A stretch of 64,000 bases of DNA, taken from positions 7,351 to 71,350 of the forward strand of contig NZ_JAZBON010000022.1 in NCBI RefSeq assembly GCF_036351135.1, in the 5' to 3' direction. This DNA is from Erythrobacter sp. (GTDB lineage: Bacteria; Pseudomonadota; Alphaproteobacteria; Sphingomonadales; Sphingomonadaceae). The notes under the pieces are model-generated. The model was not told the DNA's origin and searched no databases. It saw nothing but the letters and a program-made list of their open reading frames with translations. Of this stretch, positions 1 through 9,088 are shown piece by piece (position 1 is the first letter of the stretch; every line of letters starts with the position of its first letter). The position numbers and the translations under genes were made by a program.

Positions 1-659
1 TAGAGACCGGAGACTCGCACCGCCAGCGTATCCGCTAAGGCAAGATTGACCGTGCCGCGCGCCTGGATCCGGTCGTAATTGCCGGTGCCGATTTCGGCGG
101 TCACCGAGTTTTCGAGAAGCTGCGGGCGGACCGAGGTAAACTTGATCGCACCGCCGTTCGTGTTGCGGCCGTAAAGCGTTCCCTGCGGTCCGCGCAGCAC
201 TTCGACCTGCTCGACGTCGACGAGATCGACGAGGCTTCCGACCGTGCGGCCAAGATAGACGTTGTCGATGTAGATGCCGACCGCCGGATCGACCGCGCCG
301 CGAGACTCGTCCTCGCCCACGCCGCGGAAGAAGATGCGTGCGGACGAGGACGTGCCGGTGCCGGTGGTGATGACGACGCCGGGGACCTGCGAGGTCAGGT
401 CGTTGGCGTCGAAAACCTGGCGACGCTCGAGCTCGACCGCGGAAAAGGCAGTCACCGCGGCGGGTACGTCCTGCAGGTTTTCTGCCCGGCGCTGCGCGGT
501 GACGATGATCGCGTTACCGGTCGGCTCGTCTATATCGGCTTCGGCCGCATCGATCGCCTCGTCCACCGATTGTGCCTGCGCGGCATGGGGCAGGGCGGCA
601 AGCGCGAGGAGGGAACTGGCGCCTGACAGGGCAAGCTTGGTCGGAATGCGCAGCATCAT
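1..659 (-). CDS. TonB-dependent receptor, N-terminal part (gene runs off the window start)
   Basis: Absent from the ORF track because it is truncated by the edge. My minus-strand translation from ATGATG (659/656) gives MMLRIPTKLALSGASSLLALAALPHAAQAQ (signal peptide), then IIVTAQRRAENLQDVPAAVTAF and VEVLRGPQGTLYGRNTNGGAIKF, which are plug-domain motifs. AAGGAG RBS at 669-674 on the minus strand. Confidence 0.85.
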   Translation of the reverse strand, partial: MMLRIPTKLALSGASSLLALAALPHAAQAQSVDEAIDAAEADIDEPTGNAIIVTAQRRAENLQDVPAAVTAFSAVELERRQVFDANDLTSQVPGVVITTGTGTSSSARIFFRGVGEDESRGAVDPAVGIYIDNVYLGRTVGSLVDLVDVEQVEVLRGPQGTLYGRNTNGGAIKFTSVRPQLLENSVTAEIGTGNYDRIQARGTVNLALADTLAVRVSGL

Positions 660-726
660 ATGGAAAAGCTCCTTTGCGTGCGGGGGATCGTCCTTCGCGG
701 AAATCTGAGCGGCCCCCGAAATGAAA

Positions 727-736
727 TGTCCGGACA
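727..736. promoter_or_regulatory. Operator-like palindrome core TGTCCGGACA (copy 1)
   Basis: Exact 10-bp palindrome in the 183-bp divergent gap between the receptor start (659, minus) and the membrane-protein start (843, plus). It lies 11-20 bp downstream of a TTGACA hexamer read on the minus strand (747-752). Confidence 0.6.
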
Positions 737-764
737 AATGCTTGCTTGTCAAGCGAGGAAGTGC

Positions 765-782
765 AATTTGTCCGGACAAATT
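765..782. promoter_or_regulatory. Operator-like perfect 18-bp palindrome AATTTGTCCGGACAAATT (copy 2)
   Basis: Perfect inverted repeat read directly from the sequence. Its centre is 42 bp from the centre of copy 1. It overlaps a possible -35/spacer region for the plus-strand gene (GCTAAT at 785-790). Confidence 0.65.
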
Positions 783-842
783 GTGCTAATGTGTCGCGCC
801 GCGTGACCTGGGCGCAACACTTTTGCTGAAGGGGGTTGTTCG

Positions 843-1526
843 GTGGATGTCTCGCAATTCGCATATCCCGCGATGGTTTACGCGCATCTGTTGCTCTTCG
901 TTCTGTGGCTCGGCGCCGATGTCGGGGTTTTCGTCCTTGGCCAGCATTTTCGCAGGCGCGAGGCCTATACGCTCGATCAGCGCATCGCCCTGCTCAAGCT
1001 GCTGGTCGAGATCGACATGGTGCCGCGCAGCGCTTGGGCCTTGATGGTACCGCTGTCGCTCAGCGTCGTCGACCTTGGCGGATGGTGGGACGTGCCCGCC
1101 TGGCTCAGTATCGCCGCCTGGGCGATCGGCCTGTTCTGGCTGTGGCTGGTATGGGATGCGCACAAACACGACATGACCCCGCGCGCCGCGCGCAATCGCG
1201 CTATCGAGAGCTGGCTGCGCTGGATCATCGGCGGGTTCTATTTGTGGCTGGGCGGCCAGAGCCTGATCACCGGCGGACCGCTCATTCCCGACTGGCTGGC
1301 GTGGAAAGCGCTGCTGTTCGGGCTGATCTTCGTTTCCGCGATCATGATCGACGTGACCTTCAAGCCGGTCGGCGCGCAGCTGACTGCGGTGCTGGAAGAG
1401 GGATCGTCCGACGCCACCGAAATCCCACTGCGCCGGACGATGGACCGGACGCGGATCTGGGTCTGGATGGTCTACCTCCTGCTGCTCGTCACCGCGTTCC
1501 TGGGCAACACGAAACCTATGCTGTGA
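843..1526 (+). CDS. Integral membrane protein, unknown function
   Basis: 227-aa ORF with a GTG start. It contains several hydrophobic helices (LLLFVLWLGADVGVFVLG, WLSIAAWAIGLFWLWLVW, LLFGLIFVSAIMI, IWVWMVYLLLLVTAFL). It sits between two TonB-dependent receptor genes and behind the palindromic operators. Confidence 0.7.
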   Translation: MDVSQFAYPAMVYAHLLLFVLWLGADVGVFVLGQHFRRREAYTLDQRIALLKLLVEIDMVPRSAWALMVPLSLSVVDLGGWWDVPAWLSIAAWAIGLFWLWLVWDAHKHDMTPRAARNRAIESWLRWIIGGFYLWLGGQSLITGGPLIPDWLAWKALLFGLIFVSAIMIDVTFKPVGAQLTAVLEEGSSDATEIPLRRTMDRTRIWVWMVYLLLLVTAFLGNTKPML

Positions 1527-1586
1527 CAAACGGCAAGCCGGAAATCCGCACGCGGCGGACGCCAGCGTCGGGCATGTCTGTTGAAA

Positions 1587-1604
1587 AATTTGTCTGGACA
1601 AATT
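1587..1604. promoter_or_regulatory. Operator-like palindrome AATTTGTCTGGACAAATT (copy 3, one central mismatch)
   Basis: Same 18-mer as 765-782 with a single C-to-T change. It lies about 60 bp upstream of the receptor start at 1667. Confidence 0.55.
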
Positions 1605-1666
1605 CTGCTTGTGAGGCAGAATTGTGACATAGGGACGATCGAAACCGGCGGTGGGACGCAGGTTTC

Positions 1667-4180
1667 ATGGGAGGGAAATCTATGAATACGCCAATGCGCC
1701 GTGCGCTGCTCGCAGCAACGATCCTCACGCCTGCTACGCTGGTGCCGGGAATAGCCCAGGCGCAGGTCGTTGCGGGGGCCGATGCGTTGGATGCCGAAGA
1801 AGGCGAGGGCAACCGTATCATCGTCACCGCGCGGAAGAAGGAAGAGGAACTTCAGGAGGTGCCGACCACGGTGGCGGTCGTGACCTCGGAGACGATCACG
1901 AACCTCGGCCTCGACAGCTTCGAGGAGATAGCCAACCTCACCCCCGGATTGTTTTTCGACGAGAGTTTCGGGCGTAATGCCAATCGTCCCGTCATTCGCG
2001 GCCAAGCCAATATTCTGGGCGAAAGCGGCGTCGCATTCTTCATCGATGGTATTTACTACACCGGCAGCCTTGCCGACTACGACGTCGATACGATCGAGCG
2101 GCTGGAGGTGGTGAAGGGCCCGCAAAGCGCGCTCTACGGACGCAACACCTATTCGGGCGCGATCAATATCATCTCGAAGAAACCGGGCGATGTCTGGGAA
2201 GGCCGCGTCGCGCTCGATCTGGCGACCGACGATCGCTACGAAATCACCGCCGGCATTCGCGGGCCGATTGCCGACGGTCTCGGGCTCGGTATCAACGGCC
2301 GCTTCTTCGATTTCGGCGGCGAGTTCGAAAATCAGTTCGACGGCGAAGAGGTGGGCAAGCAAAGCTCCTACTCGCTCTCTGGCGTGCTCGATTGGGACAG
2401 TGGCGGGCCCTTCACCGCGACCCTGCGCGGCTATTACAACCGCACAGACGACGGCCAACCGGCCCTGTTCCAGCAGCCCACGACCGCCAATAATTGCTTC
2501 TTCGACGATGGCTCTCTTTATAACGGCGGCGGGCGCTATTTCTGCGGCACGATCGAGCCGCAGGAGATCAACACCGATTTTTCGCGCCAGTTCATAGATG
2601 CGGACGAAGTCGGCCTGGAAGCCGATACCTATAACGTCTCCCTGCGCATGGATTACGAGCTCGGCGAGGGTCTGACGTTGACTTCGCTCACCGGTTATAA
2701 CGACCGCACCGAGCAGCAGCTGACGGACGGCGATTACAGCCCGGAAAGCTTCCAGACAGCGGTGTTCGCGCGGTTCCCGATTTCCGGCTTTCCCGTGCCC
2801 CCGTTCGAGTTCGGCTTCGTGGGGACCACGGTCGATTTCTCCTTCGCCAATCGCAGCGAGGTTTCCGATTGGTCGCAGGAACTGCGCCTGAGCTACGAAA
2901 GCGACCTGTTCGATTTCGTGGTCGGCGGGTATTATTTCGATCAAAGCGCCGACAGTTTTTCGATCCGCGACGTTCCCGGCGATGCAGCCGCGAGGGCAGG
3001 CGCGAGTTTCGGGGCACGCTTCGGTCAGGAACAGGCGATCTGCGCGGCCAATCCGGTCTGTGCGTCGGTTGTCCCGCTGTTCGGGCCTTCGGGGCCAGAC
3101 CAGCTCAACCTGCGGGACGAAGCGCTACGCGATATCGAAAACGTCGCCGTATTCGGGGCCGTAAACTGGCATATAACGCCGGAAATCAATCTGGGGCTCG
3201 AAGGCCGCTATGCCGAAGAAACGATCGGCCAGACCCTGTTCGATTTCAACGAAGGCGAACCGCGACCCGCAGGCGAGGTCTTCGACGATCAGAAATTCAC
3301 GAGCTTCACCCCGCGCGTGACTTTCGACTGGCAGTTCACGCCGGACAATCTACTGTACGCCATCTACGCCGAAGGCATCAAACCGGGTGGCTTCAACAGC
3401 GTTCAAGCGCGAAACGCCGGAGTGCCGACCTTCGACGAGGAAGAAAACACCTCCTATGAGATCGGCATCAAGAACACATTTGCCGACGGCTTGCTGACCT
3501 TCAACATCGCTGCGTTCTACACCGATATCGAAGGCTATCAACTGACGCAAAATATCTCCGATCCGCCCAACCAGTTGAGCGCGACGGTCAATGCGGGCGA
3601 CGCGGAAGTTTTCGGCATCGAAGCGGAAGCGCGCGCTGTTCTGGGCAATTTCGTCATCAGCGCCAACTACGCCCTGGCCGATACCGAATTTACCAGCGGC
3701 TTCGACGAGCAGCAGGGCATTCTCAACGATGTGGCCGATGACAGGCTCGTCAATTGCTCGACCGGGGACCAGTTCCCCGACGTCGATGGATGCCAAAGCC
3801 TGTTCGGATCGATTGCCGGACAGACGATACCGCGCGCGCCCAAGCACCGGGTCTTCGCGGACGCGGTCTACGTGACGCCCGCCCCGTTCGGCAACGGCGA
3901 CTGGGACTTCTTCGTCGGCGGCAACGTCACCTATACATCGAGCCAGTTCGCGCAGGTCCATAACCTTGCCCGCACGGGCGATGCGACGGAAGTCGACGCG
4001 CGTATCGGGATCGAGAACGACACCTATCGCATCCAGCTCTACGCCGATAATCTTTTCGACGAGGATGCCGTGCAGCAGGTGCTGCGCTTTGCCGATGCGA
4101 ACAACGATTTCCGGCGGAGCTTCGTTGCCGGGCTTCGGCCGGGACGTCGGATCGGGCTGCTGGTCGTATCGAATTTCTAG
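1667..4180 (+). CDS. TonB-dependent receptor
   Basis: 837 aa. Signal peptide ...VPGIAQAQ. Plug motifs: IIVTARKKEEELQEVPTTVAVV and LEVVKGPQSALYGRNTYSGAINI. The long beta-barrel part is rich in Y/G/D/N and ends in a terminal Phe (LLVVSNF). The true start may be the internal Met at 1682. Confidence 0.9.
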   Translation: MGGKSMNTPMRRALLAATILTPATLVPGIAQAQVVAGADALDAEEGEGNRIIVTARKKEEELQEVPTTVAVVTSETITNLGLDSFEEIANLTPGLFFDESFGRNANRPVIRGQANILGESGVAFFIDGIYYTGSLADYDVDTIERLEVVKGPQSALYGRNTYSGAINIISKKPGDVWEGRVALDLATDDRYEITAGIRGPIADGLGLGINGRFFDFGGEFENQFDGEEVGKQSSYSLSGVLDWDSGGPFTATLRGYYNRTDDGQPALFQQPTTANNCFFDDGSLYNGGGRYFCGTIEPQEINTDFSRQFIDADEVGLEADTYNVSLRMDYELGEGLTLTSLTGYNDRTEQQLTDGDYSPESFQTAVFARFPISGFPVPPFEFGFVGTTVDFSFANRSEVSDWSQELRLSYESDLFDFVVGGYYFDQSADSFSIRDVPGDAAARAGASFGARFGQEQAICAANPVCASVVPLFGPSGPDQLNLRDEALRDIENVAVFGAVNWHITPEINLGLEGRYAEETIGQTLFDFNEGEPRPAGEVFDDQKFTSFTPRVTFDWQFTPDNLLYAIYAEGIKPGGFNSVQARNAGVPTFDEEENTSYEIGIKNTFADGLLTFNIAAFYTDIEGYQLTQNISDPPNQLSATVNAGDAEVFGIEAEARAVLGNFVISANYALADTEFTSGFDEQQGILNDVADDRLVNCSTGDQFPDVDGCQSLFGSIAGQTIPRAPKHRVFADAVYVTPAPFGNGDWDFFVGGNVTYTSSQFAQVHNLARTGDATEVDARIGIENDTYRIQLYADNLFDEDAVQQVLRFADANNDFRRSFVAGLRPGRRIGLLVVSNF

Positions 4181-4193
4181 GCGCTTGAACGAT

Positions 4194-4217
4194 CGGGAGG
4201 CGATGCAGCGCTTCCCG
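4194..4217. terminator. Possible bidirectional hairpin between convergent genes
   Basis: CGGGAGGCG-atgcag-CGCTTCCCG stem with one mismatch, in the 49-bp gap between the stop at 4180 (plus) and the stop at 4230 (minus). No clear U-tract. Confidence 0.35.
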
Positions 4218-4229
4218 ACCCATCATTTC

Positions 4230-5156
4230 CTAGTCGGTTCCAGGGCCGCCGTCGCTGCCGGTTCTGCGCGCCTCGTCCGTCAGCATCTTGAACTTCGTCC
4301 AAGTCGTCTCGTTGGGACGCATATCGTCCTTGTGCGGGGCCTGTTCGTAGATCGGATAGTTCTCGCGGATTTCGTTCTTGAGGACGTCGGGCAGCTCCTC
4401 AAACCCACCCGGCAATTTGCGGCCCATGGCGTTGAACACCATCTGGCCCGGACGCCCGCCCATCTCCATCCAAGGCGCCCAGGGCGAGAGGCGCACCCAG
4501 CTGATCATTGGGTAGGCGGTCGGAAGCGAAGCGTCGAACAGCTCGTCCTTCAGAGCGGCAAAATCGAATATCTCCATCGCGTGATACATGTTGCCGACAT
4601 ATTGCTGATACTCGCCCGCGAGGGGGTTGGGATAGAACAGCGGCACCTCGAACGGCATGAAGACGTAGGGCCCGGCGACCCTCATCGACGATAGCGTGAA
4701 GGGTGCGCCATCCGCACCCGTTGCGAAATTGGGACGCCCGTTCACCGGGTCGTTGTGGATCTGCATCACCTCGACCATCTCGCCGGTGTAGGGATTTTCC
4801 CAGCTGTCGAGGACCTCGCCGGTTTCGGGATCGAGCATCAGCATGATCTCGCGGCTGATGAGGCGCCAACCGGTGCCGCGCTCGGGATCGGTGATCTCGA
4901 CGCAGCGGCGGATGTTCATGCCCTCCCCTTTGAAGAGCAGCTGGTCGCGCACACCTGGTGAGCGACCATAGATGTTGCCGGACCAGTGATAGACCGCTGG
5001 TTCGTCTTCGGAGACGCCGCATTGGAGCCGCTTTGAAATCTCGAGAGCGTCTTGCGGATCGGACGGATCGAGCATCTGCGCCGAGACGGAATTGGCAAGC
5101 CCGAAGGCGCCCGCCCACGCGGCCCCTGCAACCATCAGCGCATTCACAAGTTTCAT
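4230..5156 (-). CDS. Secreted DUF1838-family protein
   Basis: 308 aa. Signal peptide MKLVNALMVAGAAWAGAFGLANSVSAQ. The body (VYHWSGNIYGR...NIRRCVEITDPERGTGWRLISREIMLMLDPETGEVL...) resembles DUF1838 proteins as I remember them. It is divergent from the CitE-like operon and shares the operator-containing gap. Confidence 0.75.
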   Translation of the reverse strand: MKLVNALMVAGAAWAGAFGLANSVSAQMLDPSDPQDALEISKRLQCGVSEDEPAVYHWSGNIYGRSPGVRDQLLFKGEGMNIRRCVEITDPERGTGWRLISREIMLMLDPETGEVLDSWENPYTGEMVEVMQIHNDPVNGRPNFATGADGAPFTLSSMRVAGPYVFMPFEVPLFYPNPLAGEYQQYVGNMYHAMEIFDFAALKDELFDASLPTAYPMISWVRLSPWAPWMEMGGRPGQMVFNAMGRKLPGGFEELPDVLKNEIRENYPIYEQAPHKDDMRPNETTWTKFKMLTDEARRTGSDGGPGTD

Positions 5157-5188
5157 ATATTCCCTCCCGAGCGAAATCCGGGCACTTC

Positions 5189-5204
5189 ATTTGTCCGGAC
5201 AATT
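5189..5204. promoter_or_regulatory. Operator-like palindrome ATTTGTCCGGACAATT (copy 4)
   Basis: Core TGTCCGGACA at 5192-5201, in the 142-bp divergent gap between the starts at 5156 (minus) and 5299 (plus). Confidence 0.6.
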
Positions 5205-5227
5205 CAAAACTTCGCGCTTGACTTTAG

Positions 5228-5243
5228 ATTTGTCCGGACAAAT
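5228..5243. promoter_or_regulatory. Operator-like palindrome ATTTGTCCGGACAAAT (copy 5)
   Basis: Perfect 16-bp palindrome with core at 5231-5240. Its centre is 39 bp from the centre of copy 4, and it lies about 55 bp upstream of the CitE-like start. Confidence 0.6.
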
Positions 5244-5298
5244 TGTGAAGGCTGAAATTCGCGCTCCCGGACATCCGATTGAGGATCCTGCTACGATT

Positions 5299-6123
5299 AT
5301 GTTCTCAGCTGCCAGCCTTCTGTTTGTTCCGGGATCGCGTCCGGACCGCTTCGGCAAGGCGAAGGCGGCGAAGGCGGGGCTGACCGTAATCGACCTCGAA
5401 GATGCGGTGGCGGCTGAAGACAAGGAAAGTGCGCGCGAAGCGGCGCTGGCTCACGTTGCGGAGGCTTCCGAAGGCTGGGGCATCCGGATCAACGCGGTGA
5501 CGACGCTCGCAGGCGTGCGCGATCTTGCTGCGCTCGGCGATGCGGACATCCTACCGCCGGTGCTCATGGTCCCGATGGTCGAAAGCCCAGCCGAGCTCGA
5601 CGTGGTGGTTGGCGCGCTAGGCGAGCGTTGTCCCGATCTTGTGCCGCTGGTCGAGACCCCGCGCGGCCTCCGCCATGCGCTGGAGATCGTCTCGCACCGT
5701 AAGGTCACGGCGCTCATGCTAGGCGGCGCGGATTTTTCGAGCGAGCTAGGCGTCGAACTGGCATGGGACCCGCTTTTGGGCGCGCGCCATGCGATGGTAC
5801 TGGCCTGCGCAGAGGCCGGAAAACCAGCGATCGACGTGCCCTATATCCATCTCGATGACGACGCCGGGTTTGCCGAGGAATGTAAGCGTGCCGCAGCCCT
5901 CGGCTTCCTTTGCAAGGCTGTGATCCACCCGCGTCAGGTCCCAGCGGCCAACGCCGCCTTCGCACCTTCAGGTGACGAAATCACCGAAGCCCGCGAAGCG
6001 CTCGACGCTTACAAGGCAGGCGGCGAACGGGCGATCCGTTTCAAGGGAAAGATGCTCGAAGCCCCCTTCGTCAAGAAATACCGCGCGGTGCTCGCGCGCG
6101 CTGAAGGAGCCCACAATGCGTGA
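5299..6123 (+). CDS. HpcH/HpaI-CitE family acyl-CoA lyase (citramalyl-/malyl-CoA lyase-like)
   Basis: The track ORF 5092-6123 has an N-terminal extension that covers the operator region. The family-typical start is MFSAASLLFVPGSRPDRFGKA at 5299. Further matches: DLEDAV, PMVESPAEL, and the C-terminal part with KAVIHPRQV. Confidence 0.85.
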   Translation: MFSAASLLFVPGSRPDRFGKAKAAKAGLTVIDLEDAVAAEDKESAREAALAHVAEASEGWGIRINAVTTLAGVRDLAALGDADILPPVLMVPMVESPAELDVVVGALGERCPDLVPLVETPRGLRHALEIVSHRKVTALMLGGADFSSELGVELAWDPLLGARHAMVLACAEAGKPAIDVPYIHLDDDAGFAEECKRAAALGFLCKAVIHPRQVPAANAAFAPSGDEITEAREALDAYKAGGERAIRFKGKMLEAPFVKKYRAVLARAEGAHNA

Positions 6124-6625
6124 CGGTGTCATCGAGGTTTCCCCGGGTCGCTTTCGCGAAGTGCAGGGCCGCTATTTCGAGGATTTCGAAGAGGGGCATG
6201 TCTATGAGCACCGCCCGGGCCGCACGATCACCGATGCGGACAATGTGTGGTTTACGCTACTCACGATGAATACGCATCCCGCGCATTTCGATTACGAGCT
6301 TTCCAAGGACACCGAGTTCGGCAAGCCGCTCGTCGTCTCGCCTTTCACCATTGCTCTGATGACCGGGATGAGCGTCTCGGACACCAGCGGGAAGGCGATC
6401 GCCAATCTTGGCTGGGACGAGGTGCGCATGACAAAACCGCTTTTCGTCGGCGACACGCTCTATTGCGAGAGCGAAGTGCTCGAAAAGCGCGAAAGCAAGA
6501 GCCGCCCGCAGCAGGGCATCGTCACATTCAAGACCATCGCCAAGAACCAGCATGGCCACATCGTCAGCCACTACAAGCGCACCGTGCTGGTCTGGAAGCG
6601 CGGCTTTGGCGGGCTCGACGAGTAA
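6116..6625 (+). CDS. MaoC-like (R)-specific enoyl-CoA hydratase/dehydratase
   Basis: The start ATG at 6116 overlaps the upstream stop (ATGCGTGA) and is preceded by GAAGGAG. The sequence YEHRPGRTITDADNVWFTLLTMNTHPAHFD...GWDEVRMTKPLFVGDTLY is typical of hot-dog-fold MaoC hydratases of the itaconyl-/mesaconyl-CoA hydratase type. Confidence 0.85.
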   Translation: MRDGVIEVSPGRFREVQGRYFEDFEEGHVYEHRPGRTITDADNVWFTLLTMNTHPAHFDYELSKDTEFGKPLVVSPFTIALMTGMSVSDTSGKAIANLGWDEVRMTKPLFVGDTLYCESEVLEKRESKSRPQQGIVTFKTIAKNQHGHIVSHYKRTVLVWKRGFGGLDE

Positions 6626-6649
6626 TATGAGAATATAAGGGACACGATC

Positions 6650-7834
6650 ATGGCAACCGCCCCGCAACTAGAGGACCAGATCCGCACCATCGACCCGGAT
6701 GAGGAGCGCGCCTTCATGGACGCGATCGACCGATGGCTCGAACGCGAGGTCATTCCGGTCATCCAGCACCATGACCATGGCGATATCTGGCCGGAGAAAC
6801 TGGTCGAGCAGATGGCCGAGATGGGCCTGTTCGGCGCCACGATCGGTCAGGAATATGGCGGGCTCGGGCTGCCTGCGACGACTTACGCCAAGATAGTGAT
6901 GCGCATCTCCAGCTACTGGATGGCGATCACCGGCATCTTCAATTCGCATCTCATCATGGCGGCCGCCGTCGAGCGCTTCGGGACACCGCAACAAAAGGCG
7001 AAGTGGCTGCCCAAATTCGCAACGGGCGAGATCCGTGGAGGCCTAGCGCTAACCGAACCCAATGCCGGGACGGACCTTCAAGCGATCCGCACCGTCGCGA
7101 AGCGCGATGGCGACGATTATGTGCTCAACGGCACGAAGACCTGGATTTCGAACGCACTGAACGGTCAGTGCTTCGCGCTGCTAGCCAAGACCGATCCGAC
7201 CGCCGAACCACGCTACAAGGGGATGAGCCTGTTCATAGCCGACAAGCGCGATGGACTTACGACCGGCAAGAAGTTCGACAAGCTAGGCTACAAATCGATC
7301 GACAGCGCCGAACTGGTCATGGAGGATTACCGCATACCCGCCGACCAGCTTATCGGCGGCGAGGAAGGGCAGGGCTTCTTCCAAGCGACTGGCGGTCTCG
7401 AACTGGGCCGCATCAACGTCGCGGCGCGCGGGGTCGGGCTTTCGGAAGGCTCGCTCAGGCTGGCAACTGAATACGCGCAGCAACGCGAGACGATGGGCAA
7501 GCCTATCGCACAGCATCAGGCGATCCAGCTGAAGCTCGGCGAAATGGTGACGCGGGCCCGTGCTGCGCGGCTGCTGACGCTCGATGCGTCCGAAGCCTAT
7601 GACCGGGGCGAGCGCTGCGACAAGGAAGCGGGCGTTGCGAAATATTTCGCGTCGGAAGCGGCGGTGGAGAACAGCCAGGAGGCGATGCGCATCTTCGGTG
7701 GCTATTCCTATTCCAAGGAATACGACATCGAGCGTTTCTACCGCGACAGCATGCTGATGTGCATCGGAGAGGGGACCAACGAAATGCAGCGGATTATCAT
7801 CGCCAAACAGCACCTAAAAGAAAACGCGATCTAA
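6650..7834 (+). CDS. Acyl-CoA dehydrogenase
   Basis: 394 aa. ACAD motifs: GGLALTEPNAGTDLQAI, GTKTWISNA, and FGGYSYSKEYDIERFYRDSMLMCIGEGTNEMQR. Confidence 0.9.
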   Translation: MATAPQLEDQIRTIDPDEERAFMDAIDRWLEREVIPVIQHHDHGDIWPEKLVEQMAEMGLFGATIGQEYGGLGLPATTYAKIVMRISSYWMAITGIFNSHLIMAAAVERFGTPQQKAKWLPKFATGEIRGGLALTEPNAGTDLQAIRTVAKRDGDDYVLNGTKTWISNALNGQCFALLAKTDPTAEPRYKGMSLFIADKRDGLTTGKKFDKLGYKSIDSAELVMEDYRIPADQLIGGEEGQGFFQATGGLELGRINVAARGVGLSEGSLRLATEYAQQRETMGKPIAQHQAIQLKLGEMVTRARAARLLTLDASEAYDRGERCDKEAGVAKYFASEAAVENSQEAMRIFGGYSYSKEYDIERFYRDSMLMCIGEGTNEMQRIIIAKQHLKENAI

Positions 7835-7847
7835 GCCGCTACGGCCC

Positions 7848-9080
7848 GTGACGCTCCCTGCAGACCAGCTCCCGCTCAAGGGCTTTCGCATCATCAGCGC
7901 AGAGCAATATGGCGCAGGTCCTTACGGCACGATGTTCCTCGCGCAGATGGGCGCCGAGGTCATCAAGATCGAACCGCCGGGCAAGATCGGCGAGGACGGC
8001 AAAAGGCGTGGCGGCGGCGACACGGCGCGCGTGGTTGGCCCGCATTTTTTGAGGCCGGGCGAAAGCACCTACTTCCAGGGCTTCAACCTCAACAAGCGCT
8101 CGTTGACGCTCGATCTGAATTCGGATGAAGGGCAGAAAATCCTGCGCAAGCTCGCAGCGACAAGCCATGCGGTCGCCAACAACATGCGCGGCGACCTACC
8201 CGCGCGACTCGGCCTCGATTATGCATCGCTTAAGGACGTGAACTCCGCCATCGTCTGTGCGCATCTTTCCGCCTATGGCCGCGACAACGAGCGCGCCAAT
8301 TGGCCCGGTTATGATTACCTGATGCAGGCCGAGGCGGGCTATTGCACCATAACCGGCGAACCTGGCGGCGATCCCCAGCGCATGGGGCTCTCGATGGTCG
8401 ATTTCATCACCGGCACAATCTTCTGCATCGGCTTACTGGGCGCGCTTGTCGATGCGCAGCGCACCGGCAAGGGACGGGACGTCGATACGGACCTGCTCTC
8501 CGCAGCCATCCACCAGACCAGCTATCCAGCGCTTTGGTACATGAATCATGGGGAGGAAACGCAGCGCACTCCAAGGAGCGCGCATCCCACTGCGACGCCC
8601 AGTCAGATGTTCAAGGCCGCCGATGGGTGGATGTTCGTGATGTGCCAGCTGCCCAAATTCTGGGACATCCTCACCACGCGCATGGGACGCGTCGACCTGA
8701 AAGACGATCCGCGCTTTGCGAGCAATGCCGATCGACTGGCGAACCGCGAAGAGCTTACCCGGTTGCTCGACGAGGAGTTCGTCAAGCAATCGATGGCGCA
8801 TTGGCAGGACTTGCTCGCCGGTCACGTCCCCGTCGCCCCGGTCTACACGCTTGCCGACGCGCTCGACAATCCATGGCTTGAGACGATCGGCATGCGCACT
8901 CAGATCGAGCATCCCGACAATCCGGAGCTCAATGTGCTGGCCAGCCCGATCCGCTTCGACTCTCAACGCCTGCCCAACCGCGCAGCGCCGCTTCTCGGTG
9001 AAGACAGCGACGCGATCCTCGGCGATCTCGGCTATGACGAGGCCGCAATCGCGGACCTGCGCACGAGCGGCGTGATCTGA
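7848..9080 (+). CDS. Family III CoA-transferase (CaiB/BaiF type)
   Basis: 410 aa. LKGFRIISAEQYGAGPYGTMFLAQMGAEVIKIEPP, FNLNKRSLTLDL, and the catalytic-Asp context GLSMVDFITG. Confidence 0.9.
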   Translation: MTLPADQLPLKGFRIISAEQYGAGPYGTMFLAQMGAEVIKIEPPGKIGEDGKRRGGGDTARVVGPHFLRPGESTYFQGFNLNKRSLTLDLNSDEGQKILRKLAATSHAVANNMRGDLPARLGLDYASLKDVNSAIVCAHLSAYGRDNERANWPGYDYLMQAEAGYCTITGEPGGDPQRMGLSMVDFITGTIFCIGLLGALVDAQRTGKGRDVDTDLLSAAIHQTSYPALWYMNHGEETQRTPRSAHPTATPSQMFKAADGWMFVMCQLPKFWDILTTRMGRVDLKDDPRFASNADRLANREELTRLLDEEFVKQSMAHWQDLLAGHVPVAPVYTLADALDNPWLETIGMRTQIEHPDNPELNVLASPIRFDSQRLPNRAAPLLGEDSDAILGDLGYDEAAIADLRTSGVI

Positions 9081-9088
9081 GCGGAAGA

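Noticed and set aside
1472-2944. 490-aa minus-strand ORF antisense to the TonB-dependent receptor gene. The same pattern holds for 17117-18136 (-), 24266-25873 (+), 43986-45170 (-), 50105-51475 (+), 55351-56349 (-), 58119-59375 (+) and many others in the track.
   Set aside because: Their compositions are Arg/Ala/Gly/His-rich and motif-free. Each lies exactly opposite a gene with strong family motifs. These are typical stop-codon-poor shadow frames of a GC-rich genome.
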